A DNA stretch of 64,000 nucleotides, taken from the NCBI GenBank assembly GCA_964016885.1, contig OZ024748.1, forward strand, positions 43,958,001 to 44,022,000, in the 5' to 3' direction. Each line of letters starts with the position of its first letter. The stretch's first letter is position 1. Positions 39,770-55,455 of this stretch are shown here, in pieces. Position numbers and translations under genes: made by a program. The stretch is from Eledone cirrhosa (taxonomy: Eukaryota). The notes beneath the pieces were generated by a model. The model saw nothing but the letters and a program-made list of their open reading frames with translations. It was not told the origin of the DNA and ran no database searches.

Positions 39770-39843
39770 AAGTATATATACGTACATACATATATGTATA
39801 CAGACGTACAGTAGTATGTATATACATACATACACACACATAT

Positions 39844-39902
<59 letters not shown>

Positions 39903-40311
39903 GATGCACTCACATATATACATGCATATATATATATATACACACATATATATATATATATATATATACCCATTGAGTGCGGTGAGATACAACCGGTACT
40001 GGCATTGATAAATATGGTGGGTCCGTCAACCCTTATTATATATATATATATATATATGAATAAAGTTAGTCCTTCTTCATCAGTGATCTTCCAACCATCA
40101 TTGGTATTTCATCGCTTTAAAGACCATATACCTCCAGTTGGTGTGAGCAACGGCTAAAAGAAGTCGTTGGGACACGTAAATAAAGGGGACACGAGAGTGT
40201 AAACAAACAAAGATGGTGAAGCAACGAAAAGTGAGGAAGAAGGAGTCAAGTCCCAAATTTCCATGAATATAAATTCGGTGAAATCGTGATATATATATGT
40301 GTGTGTGTGGG

Positions 40312-40375
<64 letters not shown>

Positions 40376-40519
40376 TTGGTGAGGGTCATATTGTTATAAT
40401 AATATTGCCAGAATTAATAACAGAACACACTCACTGTTTGGTTGGTTTTCACTTCTGTATCTTTTATATCAGTTAATTTATTCGGTCCCCAATGTTTACC
40501 ATATATATATATATACATA

Positions 40520-40690
40520 CATAAATGAAGTATTTCCGTAGGAGAGTTAAAGGAAAAGAGAGTGCTCTATGTAGGCCACAGAACTTTTTAGTTATGTAAT
40601 AAACAACATTAGATAATTATTTCATTTACCAATGGTTTCTTGAAGAGCTTGACTCTTATGTCTGTCTTCATTCATCAGAAAAAATTTATT
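40520..40690 (-). mobile_element. Penelope pLTR fragment related to family E, with HHR-like core (40620-40686)
   Basis: Similar to 36068-36235; minus strand CUGAUGA...GAAA-CCAUUGG-UA. Confidence 0.55.
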
Positions 40691-41393
40691 ATGAATAATA
40701 CAGACACATATATAAAAAAAACACATCTATACAGACATATATGTATACACATCCACTCAAGTGTTTAAGTTCATATATACATTGGTGTGGGGAAGGGGAA
40801 ATTAATGAAATGTTATTGTACCTCTGAGGGTTTTTCTTCTCTTCAGTGTTTGAATGTTTGGAAGTACGGGTGTCATCAACTATTTTTCTTTTTCAATATC
40901 TCTCTCATATATAGTCACACATTTCAAAACAACCTGATCTCTGTTTGACAATCGCCATAGACAGACAAATGCAAGAAAGTTCTCCAGCCCAAGTAAACCA
41001 GGAATCTCTAAAATTCTTCCCACCGAAGTCAACAAAGAACTTACTGGATCTACCAACTCATAATATTATAATATTATATTATAATATTATAACATAGGGC
41101 GGTGGATTGGCAGAGTTGGTAGAGGGTTGGACATGCTTTCCAGCATAGTTACGTCCCTTTACGATCTGAGTTCAAATCCCGCCAAGGTTAACTTTGCCTT
41201 TCATCCTTATGAGGTCGATAAAATAAAGTACCAGTAATGTACTGGGTAATTGCTGGCCTTGTGCCGAAAGTAGAAACAATTATATTATAACATTAAATCA
41301 TAAATTTTTTAACACTACAAGTGAAGTCATTCTTTTCCTTTTTTTCAAATATACCTAACTGTACCAAGGATCTCACACATTTTTCAATATATG

Positions 41394-41443
<50 letters not shown>

Positions 41444-41598
41444 CATATATATAAAATAATAATGATTTCTAGTATAGGTACAAGGCCAGTAATTTGGGGG
41501 GAAGGGAAAGCCGATTAAATCGACCCCAGTATGTTACTGGTACTTTATTTTATCGACCCCCGTAAGGATGAAAGGCAAAGTTGATCTCGGCGGGATGA

Positions 41599-41640
<42 letters not shown>

Positions 41641-41641
<1 letters not shown>

Positions 41642-42433
41642 GCTGCCCAAAATCAAAGCTGTGATGAGAAACGGAATAAACCCAAAGTGCCGATTCTGCA
41701 ATGCTGAGGTTGAAACAGTGGATCACTTAGTCTCTGGATGTAAAGTTTTAGCACCAGTAGAATACAAATATAGACATGACAGAGTTGGCCAATATCTACA
41801 CTGGGTAATATGTCGGCATTACAAAATCAAAGCTGAAGACAAGTTGGTACAATCCTCACCCTGAGGCTGTAACTGAAGGAGAAAAAGTAACAATTCTCTG
41901 GGACTTTCCTGTACACACTGACAGGACCATAAAAGCAAATAGACCTGACATCATTATAAACGATCAACATAACAAGGTCTGTTTGTTGATAGATATGAGC
42001 ATCCCATGTGATCACAATATCGCGGCAAAGGAATTGACAAGCTACGCAAATATAAAGATCTGCTTATTGAAATTGAGAAAATGTGGCACCTCAAGGCCAT
42101 TACAATACCAGTAATTGTGGGAGGACTGGGAATGATCAAGAAAGGAACAGAATAATATTTGCGAATGATTCCTGTTTTACCCTCTCTGCATGAGGTGCAA
42201 AAAATTGTTTGACTGGTACTGCACATGTATTGAGAAGAGCACTATCTCTGTAAGATTGATATCCCTCCTTGTATTTACATATGTATATGCACATGTGTAT
42301 ATATGTATACTGTTTTTTAAAAATTATAATCAATGTGCTGTATTAACTGGCTTACCAATGCACACTGTGAATTTATTTGTCCTAGGTGTCAGGAAGACAC
42401 TCGGCATATATCTCAGAAACAATAATGAAAGAA
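41641..42433 (+). mobile_element. R4/Dong-clade non-LTR 3' fragment (zinc knuckle + restriction-like endonuclease)
   Basis: CRFC..ETVDHLVSGC, YKYRHD, ILWDFPVHTD..ANRPDII..LLIDMSIP, KYKDL; frameshifted; (TAA)n on both sides. Confidence 0.85.
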
Positions 42434-42609
42434 AATAATAATAATAATAATAATAATAATAATTGTTTCTACTTTTGGCACAAGGCCAGAAATTACCCAG
42501 TACTTTATTTTATCGACCTCGTAAGGATGAAAGGCAAAGTTAACCTCGGCAGGATTTGAACTCAATAGTTTCTTTATTGGTCACAAGGGCTAACATGAAT
42601 AATAATAAT

Positions 42610-45335
42610 AGTTTCTTTATTTGCCACAAGGGCTAACATGAAGTAAACTATGCTGATGGCACAGGACGATACAAAGTGGGTGTTGGCCATGTAAAAAGGT
42701 CATTAAAGACAGAAACGTGTAAAATAAATTAAAATTCAAACAACAAAAATTCCCCAATAAGGGGAAAGCCTCCGAGGGTCACTCATAGCGAAAACCACAC
42801 AAAAGACCACGGCCACCCTGACCACCAGGGCATGCGCCCTCTCTCAGTTTTCCCACTTCTCAGTCTACAGGCACATACTCAGACCAGATTCGCTACTTTC
42901 ACCCACCTTTCAACAAACTTACTAGAAGATAGCACTTGCCTTTCCACCCTGATTTTCTTCTTCAAGTGAAACTTGAAAAAGTTAATCAAGGATTGGCCTG
43001 AGAGGAAAGTGTCCGTTTTCAACCCTTTCAACTTTGTCCACCACACAATCTCTTTCGTCATGGCCACCAGGTAGATGAAGACTGCTTGCCCTTCCTACTC
43101 TTTAAAGGAGGATGGCGGGGCTATCTGCACAATGGACTCAGTCGATAACCGGATCCGTCCTACACGCGACAGCAGCTGTTCGACATAGCTCCACAAGTCA
43201 GCAATTCTCGGGCACTGAACGAGTGCGTCTAGGACAGTTTCGTCGTCCTGCGCGCATCTCTGACAGGCTCGGCTGACAGCACCTCCGTGTCTGTAGAGCT
43301 TATCCCGAACCGGCAACGCTCCTCGGTAGCACTGCCAGGCCAGGGATTTCTGGAAATTGTCCATAGGTCCTGGGCTACAATTTCTCTTGAAGAGAGCAAA
43401 CAGCTGATCGTCTTCGACACCCAGGGTCTCCCCGAGAACGTCATCGCTCTTCCCCTCCACTAGCCCTCTATAGAACGCAAAGGTGGATGTTCCACCGATA
43501 TCAGTGCCCAGCTGGTAGAGGGCGGAGAGCGCCTGGAGACATTCCAGCTTCCAAGCGCTATCCCTCGGTCTTTTTCTGATCCAGGACTGCAGCTCCGCCA
43601 AGGAGATGAGCTGGGGAAAAGTGTGTCTGGCAAACGGCGACCACACCTGTTCACCGTCAAGGAAGCGCGCATGTTTACGCATCATTAGCCACGGCATGCT
43701 CAGTCCTCCACGCAACGGGTGCTGGCAGCAGATGGATCGTTTGACCATGGGAACACGCCCCTTCCACAAAAAGCGGAAGAGAAGGCACTCCATTTTGGTC
43801 AGAGTTGGACGGGGGGCAAGGCACGATGGTCAGGCGGTAGCAGATGACGGACACGATTTACGCATTCGCCACCTCCGCCCGACCTTTCAGAGACAGCCTC
43901 CTCTCAGCCCATTTCTGGGTGAGAGAAGCCACCCTGCTTGTCACCTCGCTTTTCTCCATCTGGAGGTCCGGTCCGAACCAGACCCCGAGCAATTTAACCG
44001 GTTCCTCCGTCCAGCGCCCAACGACGCTGTCGGACGGCATGGACTTGCCTCTCCAGGTGCCGAGTTGCAAGCCTACCGACTTTTCCTGGTTTATCTTTGC
44101 CCTTGTCACCGCTTCGTATTCCTTGAGAGCGGGGCCGAGCATCTGGATGTGTTTGGTGCTCGACACCATCATGGTGACGTCGTCGGCAGAAGCCGACTCT
44201 GATCTTCTGCATCCCAGTTCGCGAGGTACCCCCCTCATCATCTCCAATTTGTGGAGTAATGACCCGCGAGCTAGTACGTACAATAGGGACGAGAGGGGAC
44301 AACCTTGGCGGACCAAGCGCATGATGCTGAACGGCTGCGACAGGTGACCATTCACCCTCACAATCGAGCAGATGTCGCTGTGCATCGCAGCAATCCAGCC
44401 TCTAAAAATGGGCCCGAAGCCGGCCGGTTCGAGGACCGCAGCCAGGTATCGATGGTCGACCCTATCAAATGCTTTAGATTGATCCAAGTTGATCAGAGAC
44501 CCACCCGTGCCAGGTTCCTTAACCACCCTCAATATGATGTTTCGCATGAGATGGAGGTTGTCGTGGATGGATCTGTCCGGAATGGCACATGTCTGCACGT
44601 CTCCCACCAGATTACCGACGGCAAGCACCAATCTCTTTGCTAACATCTTGGCCAAAATCTTGAACTCTGTGTTTAGCAGAGTTATGGGACTGAAGTTGTC
44701 TATAACGTCCCCTGTGTTCGGGTCTTTTCTCAGCAGCGCGACCGCTCCCTGGCTCCAAAAATTGGGAATGCTCCCGTTGTGCTGCCAGTTGCAGTAGACA
44801 TCTGCCAAGAGGTCGCCGCACAAGTCTAGCATGTGCGCATAAAGCTCGTAGGGTAGACTATCCAAACCTGGCGATTTACCTCTCGTGCAGCCAGACATCG
44901 CTTCCCGTATTTCACCTGCTGTTATCGGCCTTTCACAGCACTGTGCTGAGGTCGCTGAGAGCCGTGGCAGTCCGTCAAGGTATGCATCAAAGTCCATACT
45001 CTGATCCTGTCCGCCGCTGCCCCCGAACCATCAAGCGAAGTGCTGTTGAAAAGCAGCACACATCTGCTCGGGTTCGAGCAATATGCGCCCATTTTGATCA
45101 GGCAAAGACCGTATTGTGGATTTGTTGCAACGTCGCGCCTCCACCACCCGGACCCATTGAACGGCTTTCGTCCCCTCGTGTCTCAGGGCACGCGCTCTAG
45201 CTCTGACAACGCATCCTTCCTGCTTTGCGTTGAAGAATTGGTCGAGACCAATCTCGCCGCAGGCACGTCGGTTGCGATGCCTGATCTAGCTGTCGAAACG
45301 ACCGGAGCTCAGATGTCGGTGTCTTGACTCTTTTC
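42610..45335 (-). mobile_element. Tx1/L1-clade LINE (copy 2)
   Basis: Same ORF fragments as 18116-20234. Confidence 0.9.
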
Positions 45336-45357
45336 CTATTTATATATATACATATAT

Positions 45358-45391
<34 letters not shown>

Positions 45392-46785
45392 GTGTGTATA
45401 TATATATATATATATTAATATATATCGTTTCTGAATTTGTTTAGCAAGATTCTTTATCTGAAAACGTGTGTTGAAACCGATATTTTTATACTTTGGGAGG
45501 GTCATGTTACCAATAAGAAACACACGCACCAGTTGCTTTCACTTCAATTTATTATAATAAATTTATAAATCTCCGGTTGGTTGGTTGGTTCCACAACCAG
45601 ATGATTGTTTATATAGTGTCAAATTTCTTTCGTCACACATTCTGTGACCTCTTCAGTGACTGAGGATTCTTTTCTTTGTTTTTGTGCCTCTCCTTTGTTC
45701 TGTTCTCCTTGAGAAACAAGATGGCGTAGGACAGAACAAAGGAGAGGCACAAAAACAAACAAAATAATCCCTAGTCCCTGAAGAGGTCACAGAATATGTG
45801 ACGAAAGAACTTTGACAATATATAAACAACCATCTGGTTGTGGAACCAACCAACCAACCAACCGGAAATTAATAAATTCCTAAATTTATAAATTTATTAT
45901 AATAAATTGAAGTGAAAGCACTGGTGCGTGTGTTTCTTATTGGCAACATGACCCTCCCAAAGTATGACAATATTAATATATATATACGATATTAACAAAT
46001 GGAAACTATATTTATAAAACCATATTTATTTCATTATACATATTTCAAGGATGCCAAGTTAAATTATGGTATGCCTTCATCAGACAAAATACAATATATA
46101 TCAGTTTTACAAATAAGCATTGACGTACTCTTTCAAAATGCGACCATTACTTTTGGAGGACATCAGGATAGTGGTTTGTTTATATTATTTTAGTAAGTCG
46201 TTGTGTTAAGGATAAGTACAAAAGACGGAGAGAGAGAGAGAAAAGCGTGGAGAAAAAACGGAGAGAGAGAGAAAAGCGTGGAGATAAAGGGAGAAATAAA
46301 TAAAGAAAAAGAGGAAAGAAAAGAAGAAAAAAGAAAAAAATAAGAAAACAGAGGAAAGCAACAGAGAGATATCAAACCATCAGACAGAGAGAAAAAACTC
46401 AAGAGAGTTTTTCTCTCTCTCCGTTTTTCTCTCTCTCCGTTTTTTCTCCACCTCTCCGTCTTTTGTACTTATCCTTAACACTACGACTTACTAAAATAAT
46501 ATAAACAAACCACTATCCTGATGTCCTCCAAAAGTAATGGTCGCATTTTGAAAGGGTACGTCAATGCTTATTTGTAAAACTGATATATATTGTATTTTGT
46601 CTGATGAAGGCATACCATAATTTAACTTGGTATCCTTGAAATATGTATAATGAAATAAATATGGTTTTATAAATATAGTTTCCATTTGTTAATATCGTAT
46701 ATCTACTCCAAATACTTGTCGAGTGCTTTATATCAGTTATAAAAATATTTACTTGTTGTATCCCAACAACTTTAAATAGAACTTT

Positions 46786-46825
<40 letters not shown>

Positions 46826-46932
46826 AACCTAATATATCCCTTCCATATACTATACCGATTGCGTTGTTATTTGTTTACCTTTTACATATATATATATATA
46901 TATATATTTTACATATATATATATACACACAC

Positions 46933-46966
<34 letters not shown>

Positions 46967-47189
46967 GGAAAAATTGAAATTTCATTTCTCACTCTTAGTA
47001 CGGCTGATACTTAAATATAAGTATGTATACGTACATACATATATGTATACAGACGAACAGTAGTATGTATATACATACATACATGCACACACATATATAC
47101 ATACACACACACACATATATATATATATAGTAGAATAATCGAGAATCGGAATATCGGCCCACGAAATCACGATAAACAATATCCGCATG

Positions 47190-47237
<48 letters not shown>

Positions 47238-48146
47238 TGGAAAAATTGAAATTTCATTATATATATACACACAATGATATTAAATAAATGGAAACTATTT
47301 TTATAAAACCATATTTATTCTATTATATATATTTCAAGGGTACCAAAATTTTGGTAGGCTATCATCAGATAAAATACGAAGTGTGTTTTATAAATTTTGA
47401 CATAACCACGGAGAATATACCTTAACGGTTCAAGTTTTCCTTGGATAGTTTTCCTATATATATATACACATATATTTATATATGTGGGCATTGGTTAAGT
47501 TTAACGTCCTCGAAATTGAAAGTGGATTTTTTGACAAGTGAACGTGTTTTTTTTTTTTTTACAGTGAAATTTACGATACACTCTTTGTTTATTTACAACA
47601 GGTCTCTATAGTGATATGGTGTTAATTAGTATTGCGTGTGTAATTATTTTCTCTTATATATATATATGTGTGGGTGTGTATATGTGTGTATATATATGTG
47701 TGTCTGTATGTATATATATATGTGTGTTTGTATATATATATGTGTTTGTGTCATCATCATCGTTTAGATGTTTTTACCCAAATCCCTTATCATTCTCTGT
47801 CCTTCTTATGACCCGGCCTTAATTTGTTTATAGTTGGTGCCAACTTTGGCAAGATATTACAAAAACATCTAAACGATGATGATGATGACACAAACACATA
47901 TATATATACAAACACACATATATATATATATACATACAGACACACATATATATACACACCCACACACATATATATAAGAGAAAATAATCGCACACGCAAT
48001 ACTAATTAACACCATATCACTATAGAGACCTGTTGTAAATAAACAAAGAGTGTATCGTAAATTTCATTGTAAAAAAAAAAAAAAACACATTCACTTGTCA
48101 AAAAATCCACTTTCAATTTCGAGGACGTTAAACTTAACCAATGCCA

Positions 48147-48177
<31 letters not shown>

Positions 48178-48384
48178 TGGGTTGGCTGCTGTACTATTGT
48201 ATATATATATATATATATATATTGGGTTGGCTGCTGTACTATTGTATATATATATATATATATATATAAGTATAAGTATATATACGTACATACATATATG
48301 TATACAGACGTACAGTAGTATGTATATACGTACATACATACACGCACATATATACATGCACACACACACACACATATATACATG

Positions 48385-48420
<36 letters not shown>

Positions 48421-48757
48421 CATACATGCACACAGATATATACGTGCACATATATATATATATATGCCCATTGAGTGCGCTGAGATACAACCGGTACTGG
48501 CATTGATAAATATGCTGGGTCCATAACGTCACAACATATAGAAATTATAAAATTTAAAATGTTCATAGGAATATATTTAAAGCATAAAGCACAAAAAAAA
48601 AAAAAAAATACTCATTCATAAGAATATATTTATATTAATATATATATATATATATATATAGATTTTGAGTTTATGTTGGTTGTGTACCAACACCTTAGTA
48701 TGCAGGCTGGAGCACTCGACGAAGTGCGCAGGTTGGTTTGGTTACTCCGGAGTAGTG

Positions 48758-49199
48758 TAAAATAAAGTTAAATAAAAGTCAAATGATTACAATTTAGCTT
48801 CGTTTATTACTGCTATATATATTTCAGTGACAGCCATCTTTGGCTGTGACCTCTTCAGGCAGTTTGAATTAGTATGGTATAGACAAGTACATATGTTGTT
48901 TAGGTGTATGATATTGTCAATACTCTGATATGCCCAGTTCCTTGTTGGGTTGTTAATTCACTGGGGAACTGGAGTCATATGACTCCAGTTCCCCAGTGAA
49001 TTAACAACCCAACAAGGAACTGGGCATATCAGAGTATTGACAATATCATACACCTAAACAACATATGTACTTGTCTATACCATACTAATTCAAACTGCCT
49101 GAAGAGGTCACAGCCAAAGATGGCTGTCACTGAAATATATATAGCAGTAATAAACGAAGCTAAATTTTAATCATTTGACTTTTATTTAACTTTATTTTA
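48758..49199. repeat. Spacerless 442-bp palindrome of two family-C HHR pLTRs
   Basis: Centre CAT|ATG at 48978/48979; 221-bp arms with one mismatch seen; HHRs at 49094-49148 (+) and 48809-48863 (-). Confidence 0.92.
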
Positions 49200-49517
49200 T
49201 ATATATATATATATATAAATTTACCGATAATCGCATTTCGGCGGGTAGAAATTAACGAAACGCAACTTCCAGATTGTGTAGACAAGCGCTCCATGGATAT
49301 GAAGATACCAGAGCTATGAACATAAGTTAAAAAGGTCATACAAACTGAGACGATGGTTAAGAAGCCATAAACCACCAGAGCCAAAAAAGCGAACAAGCCT
49401 AACGGGTCAAACAAAATAAGATATGATTGAAATAGTTACCCGGACCTCAGGGAAGATGGAATACTCCGAATATATAAATATATAAATATATATATATATA
49501 ATATATATATAATATAT

Positions 49518-49578
<61 letters not shown>

Positions 49579-49858
49579 GAAAGGTATAGAAAACATTGTA
49601 GCAAGAAGCCAACAGTATTCCATAATATATAAGTGACTATAGCGTCAAAATGGGGAAAATAGTTAACGTAAGATGTCGGAAAAATAGTTCAAACTCATCT
49701 CAAAGAGAATCAGGATATAGATTCATCCACAGAATTTAGTGAAATCCAGGGAAAAATCAATAGAGCCTTAACTCATGATAAAATAAAGTTTAAAATACTC
49801 ATCCTTCATTTTGGAAAAACTTCAAATGCTCTGTATAGTCTTTATATATAATATATAT

Positions 49859-49890
<32 letters not shown>

Positions 49891-50065
49891 GTCGGTATCT
49901 AATAGTAGCTAAAATAATAATAGTTCGACATTTAGAATCAAGGATTATTTGTGCAATGTATAAACATAATAGTAGACAATAATTTTCAGTTAAAATTACA
50001 AAATAGGGAAGAGTATTTAGAAAATTTAATAAATGTTTATACTTTATACTCGGTTAAATATTCGA

Positions 50066-50785
50066 TCAAAACTTTAGTAGTTTAGTAAGTGTTGACATGA
50101 AACAAGGATATTTGGGGCTGTCACTGGAATTTGGTTCCTGCGGGTCAGAAATATCTTTCAAAAAAGCGACGAGGTCCGTTGAGGTACCATGTTCGTTCAA
50201 AAGATTACATAAGCTTTGCATAAACCACGATCCAGTATTTTCATCTTCTTCAGATGGATGTGGAAGGGACGATGGATAACAAATGAGCATATCTGCCGCA
50301 GTTGGAGGTTTGTGAGGCCTTCCAAACCTTATGAAGTCAGCATCTTCTTGTTCTATACCAGCCGTGTCACTTTCACAGCAAGATGAAATAAATATTAATT
50401 TAGGCACTCCTGGCAAACGATTACATAGGTCGGATTCCTTTGAAGAAAACAATTCAACTAGTTTAACTTCACCTTCGTATCCACAAATAGTATTTTTTTG
50501 TTTCCCATGCGTCAGAAATGCAAAAACAATACAAGAAACATCAGTCACTTCATTAGCTTCCTTAATATGACGACGTATTTGATCGGCTGTACAATCTGTA
50601 AGTATTCTGATATTGGCCTTAGGAAACCCAATTTTTTCTAATGCCTCTTTAAAACCCCTTGAGTCTTTCGTCGAGCCATAACGTCGTTTAATATTTTTGT
50701 CCACGAATAATTCATTGTTGAAGATGTAGGCGTGCCAGTTGTTTTCATTTGAAATACTGTAAGTTTCCAGAAATTCACTTCCCAT
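50066..50785 (-). CDS. Intronless caspase-like protein, copy 2
   Basis: Same as copy 1 apart from one Ser/Pro difference (SSLSHP vs SSLPHP). Confidence 0.85.
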   Translation of the reverse strand: MGSEFLETYSISNENNWHAYIFNNELFVDKNIKRRYGSTKDSRGFKEALEKIGFPKANIRILTDCTADQIRRHIKEANEVTDVSCIVFAFLTHGKQKNTICGYEGEVKLVELFSSKESDLCNRLPGVPKLIFISSCCESDTAGIEQEDADFIRFGRPHKPPTAADMLICYPSSLPHPSEEDENTGSWFMQSLCNLLNEHGTSTDLVAFLKDISDPQEPNSSDSPKYPCFMSTLTKLLKF

Positions 50786-52084
50786 GATTGGCAAACAGAT
50801 TATAAACCTATTTACACCTTATTGAAGTTTTTCTACCTTATGCCTGGGACAGTCGTGGGTGTAGAGTTTTGCAGTGGATGTAGTCAGAAGCAACTGTCTC
50901 TATTTGATCTGTAGTCGTAGCAAATCGCGAGAGTGCTAAATGTCAGCGATTTATATTGGGTATACTTCCTGGTGTGACGTGACTCTCTTTCGCAAAAGTG
51001 AAAGTGGGACAGCGTATGTATGTGTACGCATGCGTTGTGTATAGGCGTTTTTAAGTCAGACACACACATATATATATATATCATATTGGGTGCTAAATTT
51101 CGATTAGGGTACTTCTCAAAGATGGTAGTTTCTAAATATATCATGTAAACACCCGCTGCAATAGCCACCCCACCTCGCTGGGCTCCTTTCTCAGACAGGC
51201 CGTCGACGTTCCGATCTTGCGGAGGAGCTCGGTAGTACAGGGTCCAAGTACACCTGTGGTCTCGATGGTGACCAGTGCGAAGAGGAAGCGGCCGGACAAT
51301 CTCCAGTATTTGTTTATCTTTCCTCTGCATAGTAGGGCACGGTACCGGGATTTGTGGCTGAAACAACTGATTTAGTGGAGGAGAACGTGTCACAACATGT
51401 GACATCCCAGATGAGTGATCTATTTCCTTCGAATGGGAAGAGGTTGAAGAAGACCCGACTTCCCACGGGTACAAGCCGAAGCTGAAGCATATAGACGATA
51501 TGCCCTCACCCCCTCCCACTACAAAGTGGTTGTGAAGGTGTCATGACAAAAAGCACCCAGTCCATACTGTAAAGTGGTCGTGTAGGCGCCACGGTAAAAA
51601 AGCACATTGTAAATGAGGTTGGTGTTAGGGAGGGCATCCAACTGTAGAAATCAAGCCAAAATCAATTACCGTATGAGCAAGACAAGGTCACCCTACCTGG
51701 CACTGCCCACAACAGAACAACCTGTCTAACCCATGCTAGCGTGGAAGAATGGACTTAAAACGGTGATGATGACAATGATGATGATATATAAATTAGGGTG
51801 AAGGCGCATGGCTTAGTGGTTAGAGTGTGAAGTTGTAAGTTCAATTACTGGACCGAGCTCCAGTTTACCCAGCTGTAGAAATGAGTTGTGACGTCACTGG
51901 TGCCAAACTATATCGGCCACAGCCTTTCCCTTGGGCAACATGTGTGGCGTGGAGAGAGGAGACTGGTGTGAATGAGTGACTGCTGGTCTTCTACAAACAA
52001 CCTTGTGCGGACTTGTGCCTCGGAGGGTAACTTTCTAGGTGAAAATTCCATGGTCACTCGTGACTCAGTGGGGGTCTTTGGCCG

Positions 52085-52137
<53 letters not shown>

Positions 52138-52249
52138 TAGATATATGAAGAAAATTCATGAATTTTTTTCATGTTTCCCACTCTACTACTCCAAGTTTCG
52201 AGTACTCTGGTGCGTTATGGTCTAACTGGTTTTTACCGCCTCTAATCTG

Positions 52250-52296
<47 letters not shown>

Positions 52297-54638
52297 AATA
52301 TAGAGATAAGCAAGGGTAGGCATAGATATTATTGTTCAATATTATATGATTTATTTGAAAAGGTGGTGGATTGGCAGTATCAGTAGAGGGTCGGGCGCCA
52401 TGCTTTGACGGATAGAGTTACGCCCCTTGCCATTCTGAGTTCAAATCCCGCCGAGGTTAACTTTGCCTTTCATCCTTACGGGGTCGATTAAATAAAGTAC
52501 CAGTAATGCACTGTGATAATTGCTGGCCTTGTGCCAAAAGTAGAAAATTATAATATATATGTAAATTGTGTGAAGTAAAGAGTTACCTCCCTCGGTAGCT
52601 GTTTGACGTGAAGGAATTTATTCCCTTTAGCTGCTGCTGCTGCTACTACTACTGCTGCTACTACTACTGCTGCTCTTGCTGCTCGTGCTACTACTACTGC
52701 TGTTACTACAAATGCAATAGTAGTAGTAGTAGTAGTAGCAGCAGCAGCAGCAGCTAAAAGGAATAAATTCCTTCACGTCAAACATCTACCGAGGGAGGTA
52801 ACTCTTTACTTCACACAATTTACATATATATTATAATTGTTTCTACTTTTGGCACAAGGCCAGCAATTATCTCAGTGCATTACTGGTACTTTATTTTATC
52901 GACCCCGTAAGGATGAAAGGCAAAGTTAACCTCGGCGGGATTTGAACTCAGACCCTAAAGGGACGTAACGCCGTGCTGCAAAGCATGGCGTCCGACCCTC
53001 TACTGATACTACCAAGGTTTCTGATAAGGCCAGAAATTTGGAGGGGGAAATCGATTAAATCGACCTCAGTGCATTACTGGTGCTCTATTTTATCGACCCG
53101 GTAACGATGGAAGGCAAAGCTAACCTCGGCAGGATTTGAACTCAGATCGTGAACCCTTTACTATAAAGCATGTTGTCCGACGCTCTACAGTACTGCTAAT
53201 CCACTGCCCTAACAAATAAATCATATAATTGTTTCTACTTTTGGCACAAGGCCAGCAATTATCCAGTGCATTACTGGCACTTTATTTTATCGACCCCGTA
53301 AGGAGGAAAGGCAAAGTTAACCTCAGCGGGATTTGAACTCAGAATGGCAAGGGGCGTAACTCTATGCGTCAAAGCATGGCGTCCGACCCTCTACTGATAA
53401 TGCCAACCCACCACCTTTACAAATAAATCGTATAATATTGAACAATAATATCTATGCCTACCCTTGTTTATCTCTATATTTATACACACACACATACACA
53501 TATATATCAGATTAGAGGCGGTAAAAACCAGTTAGTACTCGAAACTTGGGTTAGTAGAGTGGGAAACATGAAAAAAATTCATGGATTTTCTTTATATATC
53601 TATATCTATCTATCTATCTCTATATATATATAGGAACAAGTATGACCCCGACGGCAGAGCACAAGCCGTTTTGACGGCTAATTCTGGACTAAATAAGAAT
53701 TTTTAGCCTAGTCAATAAATAGCCGAACTTCTCAGGGGGTAATTCCTTATATGGGAAGATAGTAATTGTCAAAAGGATTGGTCAAAAATTTGTTGTAAAG
53801 ACAGATGATTCTATCATGGCATTTAGTGGGAGGTACGGGTAGCTGAACTTGCCGGTAGAACAAAGAGGGAGTGGGGGAAACCCAGTCAAGCGTTGAAAGT
53901 GAAATCTATACAGCAGATTCTAAGGATATTTATTCTATTATATATATTTCAAGGGTACCAAAATTTTGGTAGGCTATCATCAGATAAAATACGAAGTGTG
54001 TTTTATAAATTTTGACATAACCAAGGAGAATATACATTAACGGTTCAAGTTTTCCTTGGATAGTTTTCCTATATATATATAAATATATATATATATGTTA
54101 CTAGATATAAATTCTTTATAATTATCTCCAATTCATTTGTCGAGCAATATTTGGCCATGACTGCTACTATGGTAGTAAGCTGGCCGCTGTCTTAATAACC
54201 ACTCGCTTTCCACTGATTGACCTCGATGTCAGGTGATTGATTCTTTTTGAATTTGCCACAGACGTAGAGGCAGTGATTTTCTCAATGGCTTGGAATCCAG
54301 TCCACGCTTCGCTATTTCCATTCCACTGAATTATTTTTTTAATAAGTTTCCAGTGTCCTCGCTATGCCTGGAGACCTACACGGAAAAAGACTTTCCTGAT
54401 GACGGAATGATTTTCAATATGTTTCTTCGGAAAATATATTTACTCCATTCCAGAAACTAATTAGTTGGAAGTAATTTTTCAGTAAGTAAGTTAATTTTAT
54501 AATTTTCTTATTTTACGTCTCTCATATTATTGTTCTGCAACCCCATGCATTGAACCACAATGTTAATAAGACAAAACCTATATATTTGCTAGCATTGATA
54601 TGCATCTGTGTGTATATAGATGTTACTAGATATAAATT

Positions 54639-54681
<43 letters not shown>

Positions 54682-55455
54682 GTTATTCCGGGTTGAATCG
54701 GAGGTAGCCACAGTAAGTAAGGTACTCAATACATTGCAGAGTATAAAAGTTTTAATATAGATGAGATTCTACAGGACTAGAACTGTTTCATTCTTTAGAA
54801 ATCATCAGGAATCTGGGTATCAAAAAATAAGTATGGTATTTATAGGTCTCTAAAAGTGGTAGGAGAGGGTGGGGAGTGGGATGGGTGTAGGTCATTGGTT
54901 GATAGAAAAGGGAATTCATTAAAAGCTAATTCTACAAAGCTATAGTTTATTTTTATTTATTTTTGTTTTTAGAGTAACAAAGGCAGACAGAATTCTATAA
55001 ACAGGTTCAGGATGGCATGCCACTCCTTATTATTAAGTTTCTCTTAAGCTAACAGGTGTCTATAAGATCAGTGGGGGGTCAGTCATGGTAGATAGATTTA
55101 AAGGAAAGGGAGATTCTTTAAAAGCTAAATTCATTAAGGTTCTACTAAGTGATTAAGGTTTAGAGAATTCTGTAGACAAATTCAAAATATTGAGTGCATA
55201 TCTTACAATTATCCTCAAATTTCTCCTAAACTATTCAACTATATGCCAAAAATCAACAGACACAATTCACAAAACACACTCACTCACACACTCGCATGCA
55301 CCCATAAACACACATACACATACACATATACACACATATATACACACACACATATAAATATATTCATATATATATATACACATATACATATACATACACA
55401 CACATACATACTACACATATATATGTATATATATATATATAAAAGTATATATATA

